Source of the DNA: Candidatus Parcubacteria bacterium
GTDB taxonomy: Bacteria > Patescibacteriota > Minisyncoccia > UBA6257 > 2-01-FULL-56-20
Direction: 5' to 3'
Length of the DNA: 64,000 bases
NCBI GenBank assembly: GCA_027355945.1
Contig: DAIEHA010000003.1
Coordinates: 5,769-69,768 of the forward strand
Position numbers and translations under genes: made by a program. This document shows, one piece after another, positions 18,047-27,762 of the stretch. The notes under the pieces are model-generated. The model was not told the DNA's origin. It searched no databases and was given only the letters and a program-made list of their open reading frames with translations. Position 1 is the first letter of the stretch. Every line of letters begins with the position of its first letter.

Positions 18047-18125
18047 GAGGGATGCGATAAGGGAGTGCCGGAAAAACGCCGCAGCAGGGAGTGGCGGCAA
18101 CGGGAGAAGATGGCGACGGGAGCAC

Positions 18126-18152
18126 AAAAAGGCCGATCCATGAGGATCGGCC
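18126..18152 (-). terminator. terminator hairpin between convergent genes
   Basis: GGCCGATCC-ATGA-GGATCGGCC with an A5 run on the plus strand (a T-run for the minus-strand gene). Confidence 0.6.
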
Positions 18153-18169
18153 GCGCTTCTTCATCCCGG

Positions 18170-18589
18170 CTATTTGCCAAGAGGAAGCCCCTTGAGGCAT
18201 TCATGATTGGAATTATATGCCCCGGAACTGATGAGGATCGTCCAGGCAGAAACGCCGTTCGCCACGGTCTTCTGGACGGCAGGGACATCCCTCGAGGCGT
18301 CGATCACCACGGATCCCTTCCCGGCCTCGATCACATCGCTCTCCGTGGCTCCTGAAGGACCGGAATACTCGAACCCCACCACTTTCTCCTTGAGATAACC
18401 AAGGTCGGAAAGCAGGAAGTACGGGCAGACGTTATCTCCGGGAAGCTTGGTTACGACCGCCTCGGGTTTGAGCACGGCCATATATCCCCGTTCCTGGCCG
18501 CGGACGGAAATGGTCCCGCAGTATGCGAAGACCATCACGACCGCCAATGTATAAAGTGCGATACCGCGATACCTCTCCATGAGGCACAT
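18170..18589 (-). CDS. hypothetical membrane-anchored protein
   Basis: 139 aa with an N-terminal hydrophobic helix and no confident domain call. A terminator hairpin follows its 3' end. Confidence 0.4.
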   Translation of the reverse strand: MCLMERYRGIALYTLAVVMVFAYCGTISVRGQERGYMAVLKPEAVVTKLPGDNVCPYFLLSDLGYLKEKVVGFEYSGPSGATESDVIEAGKGSVVIDASRDVPAVQKTVANGVSAWTILISSGAYNSNHECLKGLPLGK

Positions 18590-18634
18590 CCTTCATCTCA
18601 TCTTATAGAAGAATGCTTCTCAAATGTCCAGAGG

Positions 18635-19738
18635 TCATGCACGGACCTCCTTCCCCACCGCATCAGCGATGTGCGCATATCCGTCGCGTGCGAGAAGTTC
18701 GACAAGCCCCTTGTTGATGCGCAAAACGGTGCGAGGCCCTCCGTAGATGAGGCCGGTGACGATCTGGATGAGCGATGCTCCTGCAAGGATCTTCTGATAT
18801 GCGTCCTCCGCGGTAAAGACGCCCCCGAGGCCGATGATCGCATACCGTCCCCCGCTCCGCTCGTGAATATGACGTATGAGGTCCGTGGAAGCATCCTTGA
18901 GAGGCGCACCGGAGATACCCCCTTCGGGAAGCAGGTCGAGGCGCTTTCGAGAGGAACGCAGTGTGAGACGATCGCGGCGCTTGGAGAGATTCCCTACCAC
19001 GAATCCATCGACGAACGGATATTTTGCGACGACCTCGAGGATGGCATCGGTCTCCTCGAAGGAAAGATGGCTGGAGATCTTGAGGAACACGGGACAATAT
19101 TTCCGCTCCCGCGAAAGCGTGGCAAGAAGTCCTTCCAGCATGCGAGGCTCTTGGAATGTGCAGCCATCCTGGGCGTTCGGGCACGAGATATTGAGCGTGA
19201 CGTAGCTGAAATGGGGGCCCAGCATGCGATAGGTCGCCGCATAATCCTCTATGGAAGCGCTCCCTTTGATGTCCGCGCGGTTCGTTTTTGCAATGTTCAC
19301 GCCGACCGGGATGCCGAATCTCCCGTTCGTCTGAAGCTCGGGGATCCTGCGAAGGACGTCCGCTGCCCCGGTGTTCTTGAGGCCGTAATAGACGATGAGG
19401 GAATGGTCGTCGGGAAGGCGCACGAGCCGGAGCCCCTCATTCCCGGCATATGGCCGCTGCGTCACGGCACCTACTTCCATGAATCCGAATCCCACGGAGG
19501 GCATGATGCGGGTGAGACGGACGTCTTTATCGAATCCCGCGCCAAGTCCTACGGGATTCTCAAACTCGATCCCGGCCACCCGCGTCCGCAGGGAAGGATG
19601 CCTATAGATGGAAACCATGCCGACGAGCGCACGTCCGGCGGGATGATCCCCCAACCGCTCCCCGATCCAGACAAAAAAATCATGCACCCGTTCCGGATCG
19701 AATCTGAAAAGGATGGGCCTCAGAAAGCGTTCGTACAT
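18635..19738 (-). CDS. pyrD: dihydroorotate dehydrogenase (quinone), class 2
   Basis: N-terminal membrane-association extension. FMN/orotate motifs GLGAGFDK, NISCPN (catalytic Ser-type loop), IIGLGGV. Confidence 0.85.
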   Translation of the reverse strand: MYERFLRPILFRFDPERVHDFFVWIGERLGDHPAGRALVGMVSIYRHPSLRTRVAGIEFENPVGLGAGFDKDVRLTRIMPSVGFGFMEVGAVTQRPYAGNEGLRLVRLPDDHSLIVYYGLKNTGAADVLRRIPELQTNGRFGIPVGVNIAKTNRADIKGSASIEDYAATYRMLGPHFSYVTLNISCPNAQDGCTFQEPRMLEGLLATLSRERKYCPVFLKISSHLSFEETDAILEVVAKYPFVDGFVVGNLSKRRDRLTLRSSRKRLDLLPEGGISGAPLKDASTDLIRHIHERSGGRYAIIGLGGVFTAEDAYQKILAGASLIQIVTGLIYGGPRTVLRINKGLVELLARDGYAHIADAVGKEVRA

Positions 19739-19754
19739 GCGGTTCCAGTCATAT

Positions 19755-20288
19755 TCAGTATTCTATGCCGCTCCGTGCCGATATATGGCTCCTATAGGGG
19801 TGGGAAAGCTCATCGCAACGGGTGGCGAGATCGGCCCGATACAGGACCTCTGAGTGGGCATAGCGGCCCGTAAATATCACATCCACGGCCTCCGGGACCG
19901 CATCAAGGAATGCAATGACGTCCTGAAGGGCGAGGAGATGAAGATCGAGGGCCACATTCACCTCATCCAGGATGACGAGATCGTATTCGCCCGATCCTGC
20001 TGCAACAGCTGCTTTTCCAAGGGCATCTTCCGCCGCCGTCCTATGTTCATCGAACGGCAGGGCATCGCCGAGGATCCCCACAAACCCAAGTCCGCCTTTT
20101 TCAAAATGGATCGCCTGGCCGGAAGGAGCGGTGATACGAGGGAGAACATCGTCCTCCCCGCTCGGGTAACGGGGGCTTTTGATGAATTGGATCATGAAGA
20201 CCCTCTTTCCCTGCCCCAAAGCACGGATCGCCTGGCCTATGGCAGCGGTCGTCTTTCCTTTTCCATTACCGGTGAAGACCATGAGCAT
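19755..20288 (-). CDS. cobO: cob(I)yrinic acid a,c-diamide / corrinoid adenosyltransferase (CobA/CobO/BtuR family)
   Basis: P-loop VFTGNGKGKTTAAIG, LVILDE, 177 aa. Sits next to a B12-dependent class II RNR gene. Confidence 0.8.
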   Translation of the reverse strand: MLMVFTGNGKGKTTAAIGQAIRALGQGKRVFMIQFIKSPRYPSGEDDVLPRITAPSGQAIHFEKGGLGFVGILGDALPFDEHRTAAEDALGKAAVAAGSGEYDLVILDEVNVALDLHLLALQDVIAFLDAVPEAVDVIFTGRYAHSEVLYRADLATRCDELSHPYRSHISARSGIEY

Positions 20289-20306
20289 GGCGTTAGCTTC
20301 ATTGTC

Positions 20307-20341
20307 CCGCCGATGCAGGAATATTCAATGAGATCGGGCGG
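20307..20341. promoter_or_regulatory. 9-bp-stem hairpin in the cobO/nrdJ divergent leader region
   Basis: CCCGCCGAT-(17 nt)-ATCGGGCGG, 19 nt from the cobO start codon. Confidence 0.4.
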
Positions 20342-20567
20342 AGTATGAATGGAACCTTCGTAATGCACACCCGCCACCAAGGGGTATGCATAGAGGGATT
20401 GCCCTCAGATGCAGCATGAAATAAGGATTAAATGAGGATATCCTCCTTGGAACTCCTCAAAAGATAAAAATGACGACATTATTGTCATCGCAATCCCCAC
20501 ACAAGACAGCCTCCCTTCGCACATCCCCATGCAAGGTTTTTTCGAAGGAAACAGTACCGCACCGCGC

Positions 20568-20625
20568 GGAGAGAATTGCCACGCTTCATAAAATATTTTT
20601 TTGCGGTGGTCATCGAATTCTCTCC
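20568..20625. repeat. perfect 10-bp inverted repeat GGAGAGAATT...AATTCTCTCC (38-nt spacer containing a T7 run) in the nrdJ leader
   Basis: Seen directly. Lies ~100 nt upstream of the nrdJ ATG inside a 439-bp intergenic region. Confidence 0.5.
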
Positions 20626-20727
20626 GTGCGCCTGCGGTGGTTCAATAGTGAGGAGCCCCGGAACACACGCACCGGATCCGCTCACAAGGTCACCCTATCA
20701 TAAACCATATAAAAGAACCCTAAAGAC

Positions 20728-23043
20728 ATGGCCGGCGCGGCAAAAGAGCATTTCTCACAGATAAAGAAGAGGGACGGAAGGGTTGTGGCGTTCGATGGAG
20801 GCAAGATTACGAACGCGATCGCGAAGGCCATGCAGGCGACCGGAGAGACGACAGTACGCCAGGACGCGGAAAAAGTGGCGGAACAGGTCATTGCCGCGCT
20901 CACAAAGCGATATTCCAAAGATCATATTCCGACGATCGAGGAGATCCAGGACGTGGTCGAGACGGAATTGATCCTTATGGATTACGCGAAGACCGCAAAA
21001 GCCTATATCCTCTACCGCAACGAGCGTGCCCAGGTGCGCGAGAAGAAAAAAGAGATTCCTGCACACGTGCGCGAGCTCGCCGAAAAGAGCAAGAAATACT
21101 TCCGGAACCAGCTTGCGGAGTTCGTCTATTATCGCACGTATTCCAAGTGGATCCCCGAGGAAGGGCGCCGCGAGACGTGGGTAGAGACCGTAGGACGGTA
21201 TATCGATTTCATGAAGGAGAACCTTGGGGCGAAACTCACGGACAAAGAATATGAGGAGGTCCGGGAGACGATCCTCCGGCAGGAGGCCATGCCATCCATG
21301 AGGCTCCTCCAGTTCGCCGGCACCGCGGTGCGTACGACGAACGTCGCGGCATACAACTGCTCATTCGTAGCACCGCAAAAGCTCGAGGATTTCGCGGAGA
21401 TCATGTATATCTCGATGTGCGGCACGGGCGTAGGCTTCTCCGTGGAAAGCCAGAACGTACAGAATCTTCCGCAGATCAAGAAACAGACCGGCAAAAAGGC
21501 CGCGATCCATACGATTGCCGACAGCAAGGAAGGATGGTGCGACGCTCTCACGCTCGGGCTCAAGACATGGTTCGAGGGCAAGGACATCGACTTCGACTAT
21601 TCCGAGGTCCGTCCCGCAGGGGCGCGCCTTAAGACGATGGGCGGCAAAAGCTCGGGACCCGATCCGTTGCGTTCGCTCCTCGCATTCGCGCGCGCAAAGA
21701 TACTTGCAAAGCAAGGACGGCGCCTTTCCAACATCGACGTCCATGACATCTGCTGCAAAATCGGGGAGATCGTGGTCGCGGGAGGCGTACGCCGGAGCGC
21801 GATGATATCCCTTTCCGACATCGATGATACGGAGATGCGCGAAGCGAAGCAGGGCCAGTTCTATTTCACGGAACCTCAGCGCACGATGGCGAACAATTCC
21901 GCCGTCTATGCAGAAAAGCCGAGCTCGGAAGCATTCCTTCAGGAATGGCTCTCGCTCGTCGAAAGTCATACGGGCGAGCGGGGCATCTTCAATCGCGGCA
22001 GCCTGGTACACCAGCTTCCCGAACGCCGGAAGAAGGCCCTCGGAGAGGCGATCAATGCGATAGGGACGAATCCATGCGGCGAGGTCCTTCTCCAACCGAA
22101 GGAGTTCTGCAACCTCTCGGAAGTGGTGGCGCGCGCGGAAGATACGGAAGAAACGCTGCTCAGGAAGATCCGTATCGCCGCGATCCTCGGCACTTACCAG
22201 TCCACTCTCACCAATTTCCCTTATCTTTCCAAGGAATGGAGGGAGCACGTGGAGGCAGAGCGCCTGCTCGGCGTGTCCGTGACCGGACAATGGGACAGTC
22301 CCGTCGCCCGCGATGAGGCCGTGCTTCGGAAGCTTCGCGACCGGGCGATCGAGGTGAACAAGGAATATGCGAAGCGGTTCGGCGTCTCGCCATCCATGGC
22401 AGTCACCTGCGTAAAACCGTCCGGCACGGTATCGCAGACCGTGGATGCGGCATCAGGACTCCATCCGCGCCACGCGCAATACTATATCCGCCGCGTACGC
22501 ATCAGCGCCACCGATTCGCTTTTCCAGATGATGAAAGATCAGAAGGTCCCCTATTTCCCGGAGGTGGGGCAGTCGCTTTCCGCGGCTACCACCTACGTCC
22601 TCGAGTTCCCCGTAAAGGCACCGGAAAAAGCGGTGTTCAAGAACGATCTGAGCGCCATCGACCAACTCGAGCACTGGAAGAAGGTGAAAGTGAACTACAC
22701 CGAGCACAATCCTTCCGTCACGGTGTCCGTGGGCACGGATGAGTGGATCGGCGTGGCGAACTGGGTCTATGAGAACTGGGACCTTGTCGGAGGGCTTTCC
22801 TTCCTGCCCCGCGAGGACCATGCATATCTCCTTGCGCCGTACGAGGAGATCACAAAGGAACGCTACGAGGAGATGGCGTCGAAGATGCCTGAGATCGACT
22901 TCTCCCAGATCCTCCTCTATGAGAAGAGCGACGAGACGGATGCGAAGCAGGAGCTCGCCTGCGCGGGAGGCGTCTGCGAGATCGATGACGCTCTTGCGGC
23001 AGAGGCAGCGGCAAGCTCAGGGGCGGTAGCGGCAGCGGCATAG
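20728..23043 (+). CDS. nrdJ: ribonucleotide reductase, class II (adenosylcobalamin-dependent) with N-terminal ATP-cone
   Basis: ATP-cone: IKKRDGRVVAFDGGKITNAI. Thiyl-radical loop TNPCGEV. C-terminal CxxxxC redox tail CAGGVCE. No nrdB/nrdF partner nearby. Confidence 0.75.
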   Translation: MAGAAKEHFSQIKKRDGRVVAFDGGKITNAIAKAMQATGETTVRQDAEKVAEQVIAALTKRYSKDHIPTIEEIQDVVETELILMDYAKTAKAYILYRNERAQVREKKKEIPAHVRELAEKSKKYFRNQLAEFVYYRTYSKWIPEEGRRETWVETVGRYIDFMKENLGAKLTDKEYEEVRETILRQEAMPSMRLLQFAGTAVRTTNVAAYNCSFVAPQKLEDFAEIMYISMCGTGVGFSVESQNVQNLPQIKKQTGKKAAIHTIADSKEGWCDALTLGLKTWFEGKDIDFDYSEVRPAGARLKTMGGKSSGPDPLRSLLAFARAKILAKQGRRLSNIDVHDICCKIGEIVVAGGVRRSAMISLSDIDDTEMREAKQGQFYFTEPQRTMANNSAVYAEKPSSEAFLQEWLSLVESHTGERGIFNRGSLVHQLPERRKKALGEAINAIGTNPCGEVLLQPKEFCNLSEVVARAEDTEETLLRKIRIAAILGTYQSTLTNFPYLSKEWREHVEAERLLGVSVTGQWDSPVARDEAVLRKLRDRAIEVNKEYAKRFGVSPSMAVTCVKPSGTVSQTVDAASGLHPRHAQYYIRRVRISATDSLFQMMKDQKVPYFPEVGQSLSAATTYVLEFPVKAPEKAVFKNDLSAIDQLEHWKKVKVNYTEHNPSVTVSVGTDEWIGVANWVYENWDLVGGLSFLPREDHAYLLAPYEEITKERYEEMASKMPEIDFSQILLYEKSDETDAKQELACAGGVCEIDDALAAEAAASSGAVAAAA

Positions 23044-23072
23044 CAGCCCTCGCTCCTTCCGCGAGTGCGGAA

Positions 23073-23107
23073 CAAAAACAGCGGCGAACCATCGCCGCTG
23101 TTTTTTA
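23073..23107 (+). terminator. rho-independent terminator of nrdJ
   Basis: CAGCGGCGA-acc-ATCGCCGCTG followed by TTTTTT. Confidence 0.8.
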
Positions 23108-23165
23108 TGAGGCCGCTATAGGAATGCCTCGGTTCTTTTACGCCACAGAAATGGGATGGTACGGC

Positions 23166-23570
23166 CTATTTCAAAGTCCCGGAAGGAGACGTACCAAGAG
23201 AGGCGGCGGAGGAGGAAGTGAGAGGGATTGATGCTGCCGATGATGTCGTTCCGGGAGATGCAGGGAGGATCTCCGTTGCGGACGCGGAGGATTGTGCAGG
23301 GAACGACGTTCCGGCCCCGGAGATAGTCGATGATTGCGGAGAGGATGTTGAGATGCCGCGGAAATCGATGCGAGCGGCATTCTGAAGGTCGAACCCGGGC
23401 TGGGGTGCGAGCGGAGGATTCACGACCGAACGGTCCATCTGCGTCACGATGACCCCGATGGTCGCATAAAGAAGCCATATGACGACCCCGATAAAGATCG
23501 CCGCAGAGAGCATGAGAAGCGTCTCGGTGTGCGACTTAAGGAAGAATTTCAGGGATTGGATCTTCGTCAT
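23166..23570 (-). CDS. hypothetical bitopic membrane protein (S/T-rich C-terminus), possibly PilN/PilP-like
   Basis: 134 aa. TM helix, then a low-complexity Ser/Thr tail. Translationally coupled (start/stop overlap) to the upstream PilO-like gene. Confidence 0.4.
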   Translation of the reverse strand: MTKIQSLKFFLKSHTETLLMLSAAIFIGVVIWLLYATIGVIVTQMDRSVVNPPLAPQPGFDLQNAARIDFRGISTSSPQSSTISGAGTSFPAQSSASATEILPASPGTTSSAASIPLTSSSAASLGTSPSGTLK

Positions 23571-24100
23571 TATCGGAAATAGGCGATGCCTTGCGCAGTC
23601 ACGGTCTCCTGATTGCGGTCATTGGTGAAATCCACCGAGGTGAAGGAAATAATGAAACCCGGGGCCTTAGCGGCAATATAATCAAGGAAAGGCACCATGC
23701 TCCCTCCCGATCCTTGGGCGGTGAGGGTGAACCCCGTGTTCCCGGGCGTATCACCGGAGGGAAGTGTGGGGTTGCCTTGATAGGAAACGGTGGCATTCAC
23801 CTGGAACCGCGCGGCCGCCTGGCCCATCCATGCACTGAACCCAAGGAGACCCGATTGATCCGGGATAAGCTGCTTGATCGCGACATCGTATTGCGCGGCC
23901 TGCGGCGCAGCGGTCTCGAGCGATGCAAGGCTTGCAAGCGAACTCGCATCATTCCCCGCTTTCGTTTTTGCCATGACGATCTGATCGGCTTCTGCGCTTA
24001 TGGCTCCGGAAAAATATGAAAACGCGACAAGCGCAGCAACAATGCTGCTGACGATCACGCCCGCGCCTATCCAAAAACGCACCTTGAAACCATCATGCAT
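23570..24100 (-). CDS. PilO-like membrane protein
   Basis: TM helix plus a C-terminal domain whose pattern (FTLTAQGSGGSMVPFLDYIAAKAPGFIISFTSVDFT...VTAQGIAYFR) parallels the PilO of locus 1 (ITFQIAATGSYEALKTFLEGLETNVRIFDVTGL...MTVVAYYQS). Confidence 0.45.
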   Translation of the reverse strand: MHDGFKVRFWIGAGVIVSSIVAALVAFSYFSGAISAEADQIVMAKTKAGNDASSLASLASLETAAPQAAQYDVAIKQLIPDQSGLLGFSAWMGQAAARFQVNATVSYQGNPTLPSGDTPGNTGFTLTAQGSGGSMVPFLDYIAAKAPGFIISFTSVDFTNDRNQETVTAQGIAYFR

Positions 24101-24271
24101 GATATTGGTCCTTTTAATTATAGAATAAAGGCGCTGTGGATACCATGAAACCGCCGTTTGCCCGAAGGAATGTCGGTATGCGCCAAAAGGAGGGCTCGTA
24201 CATAAAGAAAGTATAAAGGGAAGTTTTGAGCGCAGGGATGCCTGCCATTATAGTGAGCGTACCACGACGCC

Positions 24272-25411
24272 ATGGAACGCGAACCCATGTACTACCACGC
24301 GCTCGCGACCGCTCTTCTCGGCGATCACGGGGCCATAGAAAAGGCGCGGCGAGGATACGCGTGCTGGGAGGACGCATATGCTGCATTCGGAAGAAGGCCT
24401 GGGAACGCAGGAACGCCGCTCCCCGCGGGGATGCGGCCCCTCCCCCCTCATCCGGAACGCCTTGCCGAAACGACAGAACGCGCAGGCATCCGGATCATCC
24501 TCAAGGAGGATCCCTTGTTCCCAAAGCAGCTCCGAGAGATCCCCCGCCCGCCCCATGCGCTCTATGTGAAAGGGAATGCGGATACGGCAGGTACGGACGA
24601 TCGGAACGGGATCGGCCTGCTTGCGATCGTCGGTACGCGCCAGGCGACGCCCGAAGGAAAGTCACTCGCACGGCGTTTCGGCCGCACGCTGTCAGCGCGT
24701 GGGTTCGGTATCGTAAGCGGCCTCGCATTCGGCATCGATGCGGCGGGGCACGAAGGGTGCCTCGAAGGCCGGGGCGGACCCGCGATCGCGGTGCTCGCAG
24801 GAGGGCTCGGGGAGGTCCATCCGAAAGGCAATCGGGCGCTTGCGGAACGGATCATTCGGGAACGCGGCGCGCTCATATCGGAATACCCTCCGAACGAGGC
24901 GCCCCTTCCCCGAAGATTCATCGAGCGCAACCGGATCATAAGCGGACTTTCGAAGGGTATTGTGGTCGTGGAAGCTCCCGAACGATCGGGGGCGCTTGCA
25001 ACCGCGCGGTTCGCGTTTGAACAGGATCGCGATCTTTTCGTGCTTCCGGGAAACGCGCTCGCCGGACATTATCGCGGTTCCAATCTCCTCATCAAGCAGG
25101 GCGCGGCCCTCGTGACATCCCCAGAGGACATTCTGGAAAGTTATGGTATCGTAATAAAGAAAGTGGGCCCGGCGCAGGACGGATATGCGGAATGGAAGCG
25201 CTGCGCAGGGACGCTCACTGGCGAGGAATCTGAGGTGCTCGATGCGATCGCGCGCGAATGCGCTGCGCATGGCACGGCCGTCGATGTTGACAAAATCTCC
25301 GCGGCGGCTAAACTTGAACCCCGAATCGTCAACCGTACGCTCACCTTCCTTGTGTTGAAAGGATTGATACAAGAGGATGCTGATGGATTTTCATTAAACG
25401 ACCATCGATAG
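24272..25411 (+). CDS. dprA: DNA processing protein DprA (Smf)
   Basis: Rossmann-like DprA core GLLAIVGTRQATPEG...IVSGLAFGIDAAGHEG...ERNRIISGLSKGIVVVEA. C-terminal winged-helix-like tail. Confidence 0.85.
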   Translation: MEREPMYYHALATALLGDHGAIEKARRGYACWEDAYAAFGRRPGNAGTPLPAGMRPLPPHPERLAETTERAGIRIILKEDPLFPKQLREIPRPPHALYVKGNADTAGTDDRNGIGLLAIVGTRQATPEGKSLARRFGRTLSARGFGIVSGLAFGIDAAGHEGCLEGRGGPAIAVLAGGLGEVHPKGNRALAERIIRERGALISEYPPNEAPLPRRFIERNRIISGLSKGIVVVEAPERSGALATARFAFEQDRDLFVLPGNALAGHYRGSNLLIKQGAALVTSPEDILESYGIVIKKVGPAQDGYAEWKRCAGTLTGEESEVLDAIARECAAHGTAVDVDKISAAAKLEPRIVNRTLTFLVLKGLIQEDADGFSLNDHR

Positions 25412-25413
25412 AC

Positions 25414-27762
25414 ATGGACCTCATCATAGTAGAATCGCCCACCAAGGCGAAGACCATCGGAAAATTCGTCGGTAAGGAATTCGCCGTAGAATCGTCGTAC
25501 GGCCATATTCGCGATCTTCCGAAAAGCAAGATCGGCATCGATGTGAAGCATGATTTCACGCCGCAATACATCATTCCCAAAAAAGCGGAACCTGTCGTCG
25601 CAAACCTCAAGAAACTCGCACAAAAGGCGGACAGGGTGATCCTTGCGACCGACGAAGACCGCGAAGGGGAGGCGATCGCATGGCATCTCGTCACGGCGCT
25701 CGAGCTCGATGGGAACGCGCGCGGCAAAGGGAAGGCCGCAGCCCCCAAGCCATATGAACGCATCGCATTCCATGAGATCACGAAAAGCGCGATCCTCGAA
25801 GCGCTCCAGCATCCCCGCACGCTCGATCTGAACCTCGTGGACGCCCAACAGGCGAGACGCGTGGTCGACCGGCTTGTCGGCTATGAGCTTTCCCCTTTCC
25901 TCTGGCGCAAGATCCGCTACGGCCTCTCGGCGGGACGCGTACAAAGCGTGGCTGTCCGGCTCATCGTGGAACGCGAGCGGCAGATCCAGGCATTCAATAA
26001 AGAGGAATACTGGACGATCGAGGCGGAATTCGTCGCAGGCGTCAAGGGCGCGAAGAACGGCGCATTCCCCGCCTATCTCCACTCACTGGAAGGCAAGACG
26101 CTTGGTAAAATGGCGATCACCGACGAAGCCCGCGCCCGCACCATCCTCGCAAAGCTCGAAAATGCGCGTTATTCGGTCGCTGGGATCTCCACAAAGGAGG
26201 TGCGCAGGACCCCCGCCCCTCCCTTCACGACATCCACGCTACAGCAGGAGGCTGCGCGGAAGCTCGGATTCTCCGCGAAGCAGACCATGGTGGTCGCGCA
26301 GCATCTCTATGAGAACGGCCATATAACCTATATGCGTACGGATAGCGTGAATCTCGCTGCCGCGGCGCTCGCCGCGGCGCAGGAGGTCATTGGAAGCGAG
26401 TTCGGTGAAGGCTACCGCCTTGCATCGCCCCGCTACTATGCGAACCGGAGCAAAGGCGCGCAGGAGGCGCACGAAGCGATCCGTCCAACGAATCTTGCTG
26501 CGATCGTCGGGGAGAATTTCTCGCTCAAAGACCGGGGAGAGGCCCGCCTATACGATCTCATCTGGAAACGCACGATCGCATCCCAGATGAAGGAAGCGGT
26601 CCTCGAACAGACATCGGCGGACATCGCGGCAGATATTCCGGAAGGAGCGATGTTCCGTGCGAACGGGCAGACGGTCGTGTTCGATGGATTCATACGGGTC
26701 TATACGGAGGGAAAGGACGACGATGCGGGCGCAGAGACGGAAGGGACGCTCCCCAAGCTTGCGGAAGGGACCGCGATCTCGCTCGCCGCAGCGGCGGAAG
26801 GCAAAGGGAACCCCTCCCCTATCCAGCATTTTACCGAACCCCCGGCACGCTATACAGACGCCACGCTCGTAAAGGCACTCGAAGCAGAAGGGATCGGAAG
26901 GCCATCCACGTACGCTCCCACCCTTTCCACGATCCAAGAGCGCGGATATGCGGAAAAGGAGGACAAAAAATACCATCCGACGGAGATAGGAACTCTCGTA
27001 AACGACCTTCTTGTCGAGAACTTCCCCGAGATCGTGGACCTCAAGTTCACCTCGAAGATCGAGGAGGGATTCGATGAGGTTGCGGAGGGGAAGCTCGGAT
27101 GGACCGAGGTGTGCAGGGAATTCTATACGCCCTTCAAGAAGGACCTGGAGGAGAAGGAGGCGACCGTCGAGAAACAAGTGGAGGTATCGGATACGCCCTG
27201 CCCTCACTGCGGCAAGCCCATGATCATCAAGTTCGGAAGGATGGGGAAATTCCTCGCCTGCCCCGAGCCGGGGGTGAAGGTCACGCTCCCCATGCCGGAG
27301 GAAGCCGCACAGATCCGTGCACTCGAGGAAAAAACGAAGGACGAACGCTGTCCGATCTGCAACAAACCGATGAAGGTGCGCCGCGGAAGATTCGGGTTCT
27401 TCCTCGGCTGCACCGACTATCCGAAATGCAAAGGCGTTGCAAAGATATGGGATAAGACGGGGTTCAAATGCCCGAATTGCAGCGCAAAAGTGGAATCCGG
27501 TGAATGGAAACCCGACGAGAGCGATCCCGCAAAGAACACGAAAGAGAAATTGATCGGCGATATCGTACTCAAGAAATCCCGGGGCCGCGGCAAACCATTC
27601 TATGCCTGCACGCGCTACCCCGACTGCACGTTCGTCACGAACAAGAAACCGGAATCCGAGGAAGAGCTCAGGGATGCATACGTGCACTGGCGCGAAAACC
27701 CTCCCGGGGAGAAAAAGAAGACCGCGAGAAAAGGCGCGGTGAAGAGGGCAAGAACAAAATGA
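25414..27762 (+). CDS. topA: DNA topoisomerase I with C-terminal zinc-ribbon repeats
   Basis: TOPRIM N-terminus MDLIIVESPTKAKTI...GHIRDLP. Active-site region HITYMRTDS. Three CxxC...CxxC zinc ribbons near the C-terminus. Starts 3 nt after dprA. Confidence 0.9.
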   Translation: MDLIIVESPTKAKTIGKFVGKEFAVESSYGHIRDLPKSKIGIDVKHDFTPQYIIPKKAEPVVANLKKLAQKADRVILATDEDREGEAIAWHLVTALELDGNARGKGKAAAPKPYERIAFHEITKSAILEALQHPRTLDLNLVDAQQARRVVDRLVGYELSPFLWRKIRYGLSAGRVQSVAVRLIVERERQIQAFNKEEYWTIEAEFVAGVKGAKNGAFPAYLHSLEGKTLGKMAITDEARARTILAKLENARYSVAGISTKEVRRTPAPPFTTSTLQQEAARKLGFSAKQTMVVAQHLYENGHITYMRTDSVNLAAAALAAAQEVIGSEFGEGYRLASPRYYANRSKGAQEAHEAIRPTNLAAIVGENFSLKDRGEARLYDLIWKRTIASQMKEAVLEQTSADIAADIPEGAMFRANGQTVVFDGFIRVYTEGKDDDAGAETEGTLPKLAEGTAISLAAAAEGKGNPSPIQHFTEPPARYTDATLVKALEAEGIGRPSTYAPTLSTIQERGYAEKEDKKYHPTEIGTLVNDLLVENFPEIVDLKFTSKIEEGFDEVAEGKLGWTEVCREFYTPFKKDLEEKEATVEKQVEVSDTPCPHCGKPMIIKFGRMGKFLACPEPGVKVTLPMPEEAAQIRALEEKTKDERCPICNKPMKVRRGRFGFFLGCTDYPKCKGVAKIWDKTGFKCPNCSAKVESGEWKPDESDPAKNTKEKLIGDIVLKKSRGRGKPFYACTRYPDCTFVTNKKPESEEELRDAYVHWRENPPGEKKKTARKGAVKRARTK

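Noticed and set aside
14873-18127. 1084-aa minus-strand ORF spanning ppsA, the DUF1653 gene and the dehydrogenase gene
   Set aside because: It crosses three independently supported plus-strand genes and their intergenic promoters and terminators. It has an extreme Arg/Asp/His bias, so it is an antisense artifact of high GC.
18170-18589. Rhodanese-domain call for the 139-aa membrane-anchored protein
   Set aside because: It has a segment resembling the VIDxR...GHIxGA start of rhodanese. However the order is wrong and there is no CxxGxR active-site loop. It is kept as hypothetical.
20470-20703. 77-aa ORF inside the nrdJ leader
   Set aside because: No RBS or promoter context, Arg/Ser-rich, and it overlaps the inverted-repeat structures. 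Likely non-coding.
20289-20727. Cobalamin riboswitch upstream of nrdJ or cobO
   Set aside because: No B12-box-like GCCACTG core or GGTG...AATCC elements were found on either strand. A B12 riboswitch repressing a B12-dependent RNR would also be physiologically odd. The region is instead reported as an uncharacterised structured leader.
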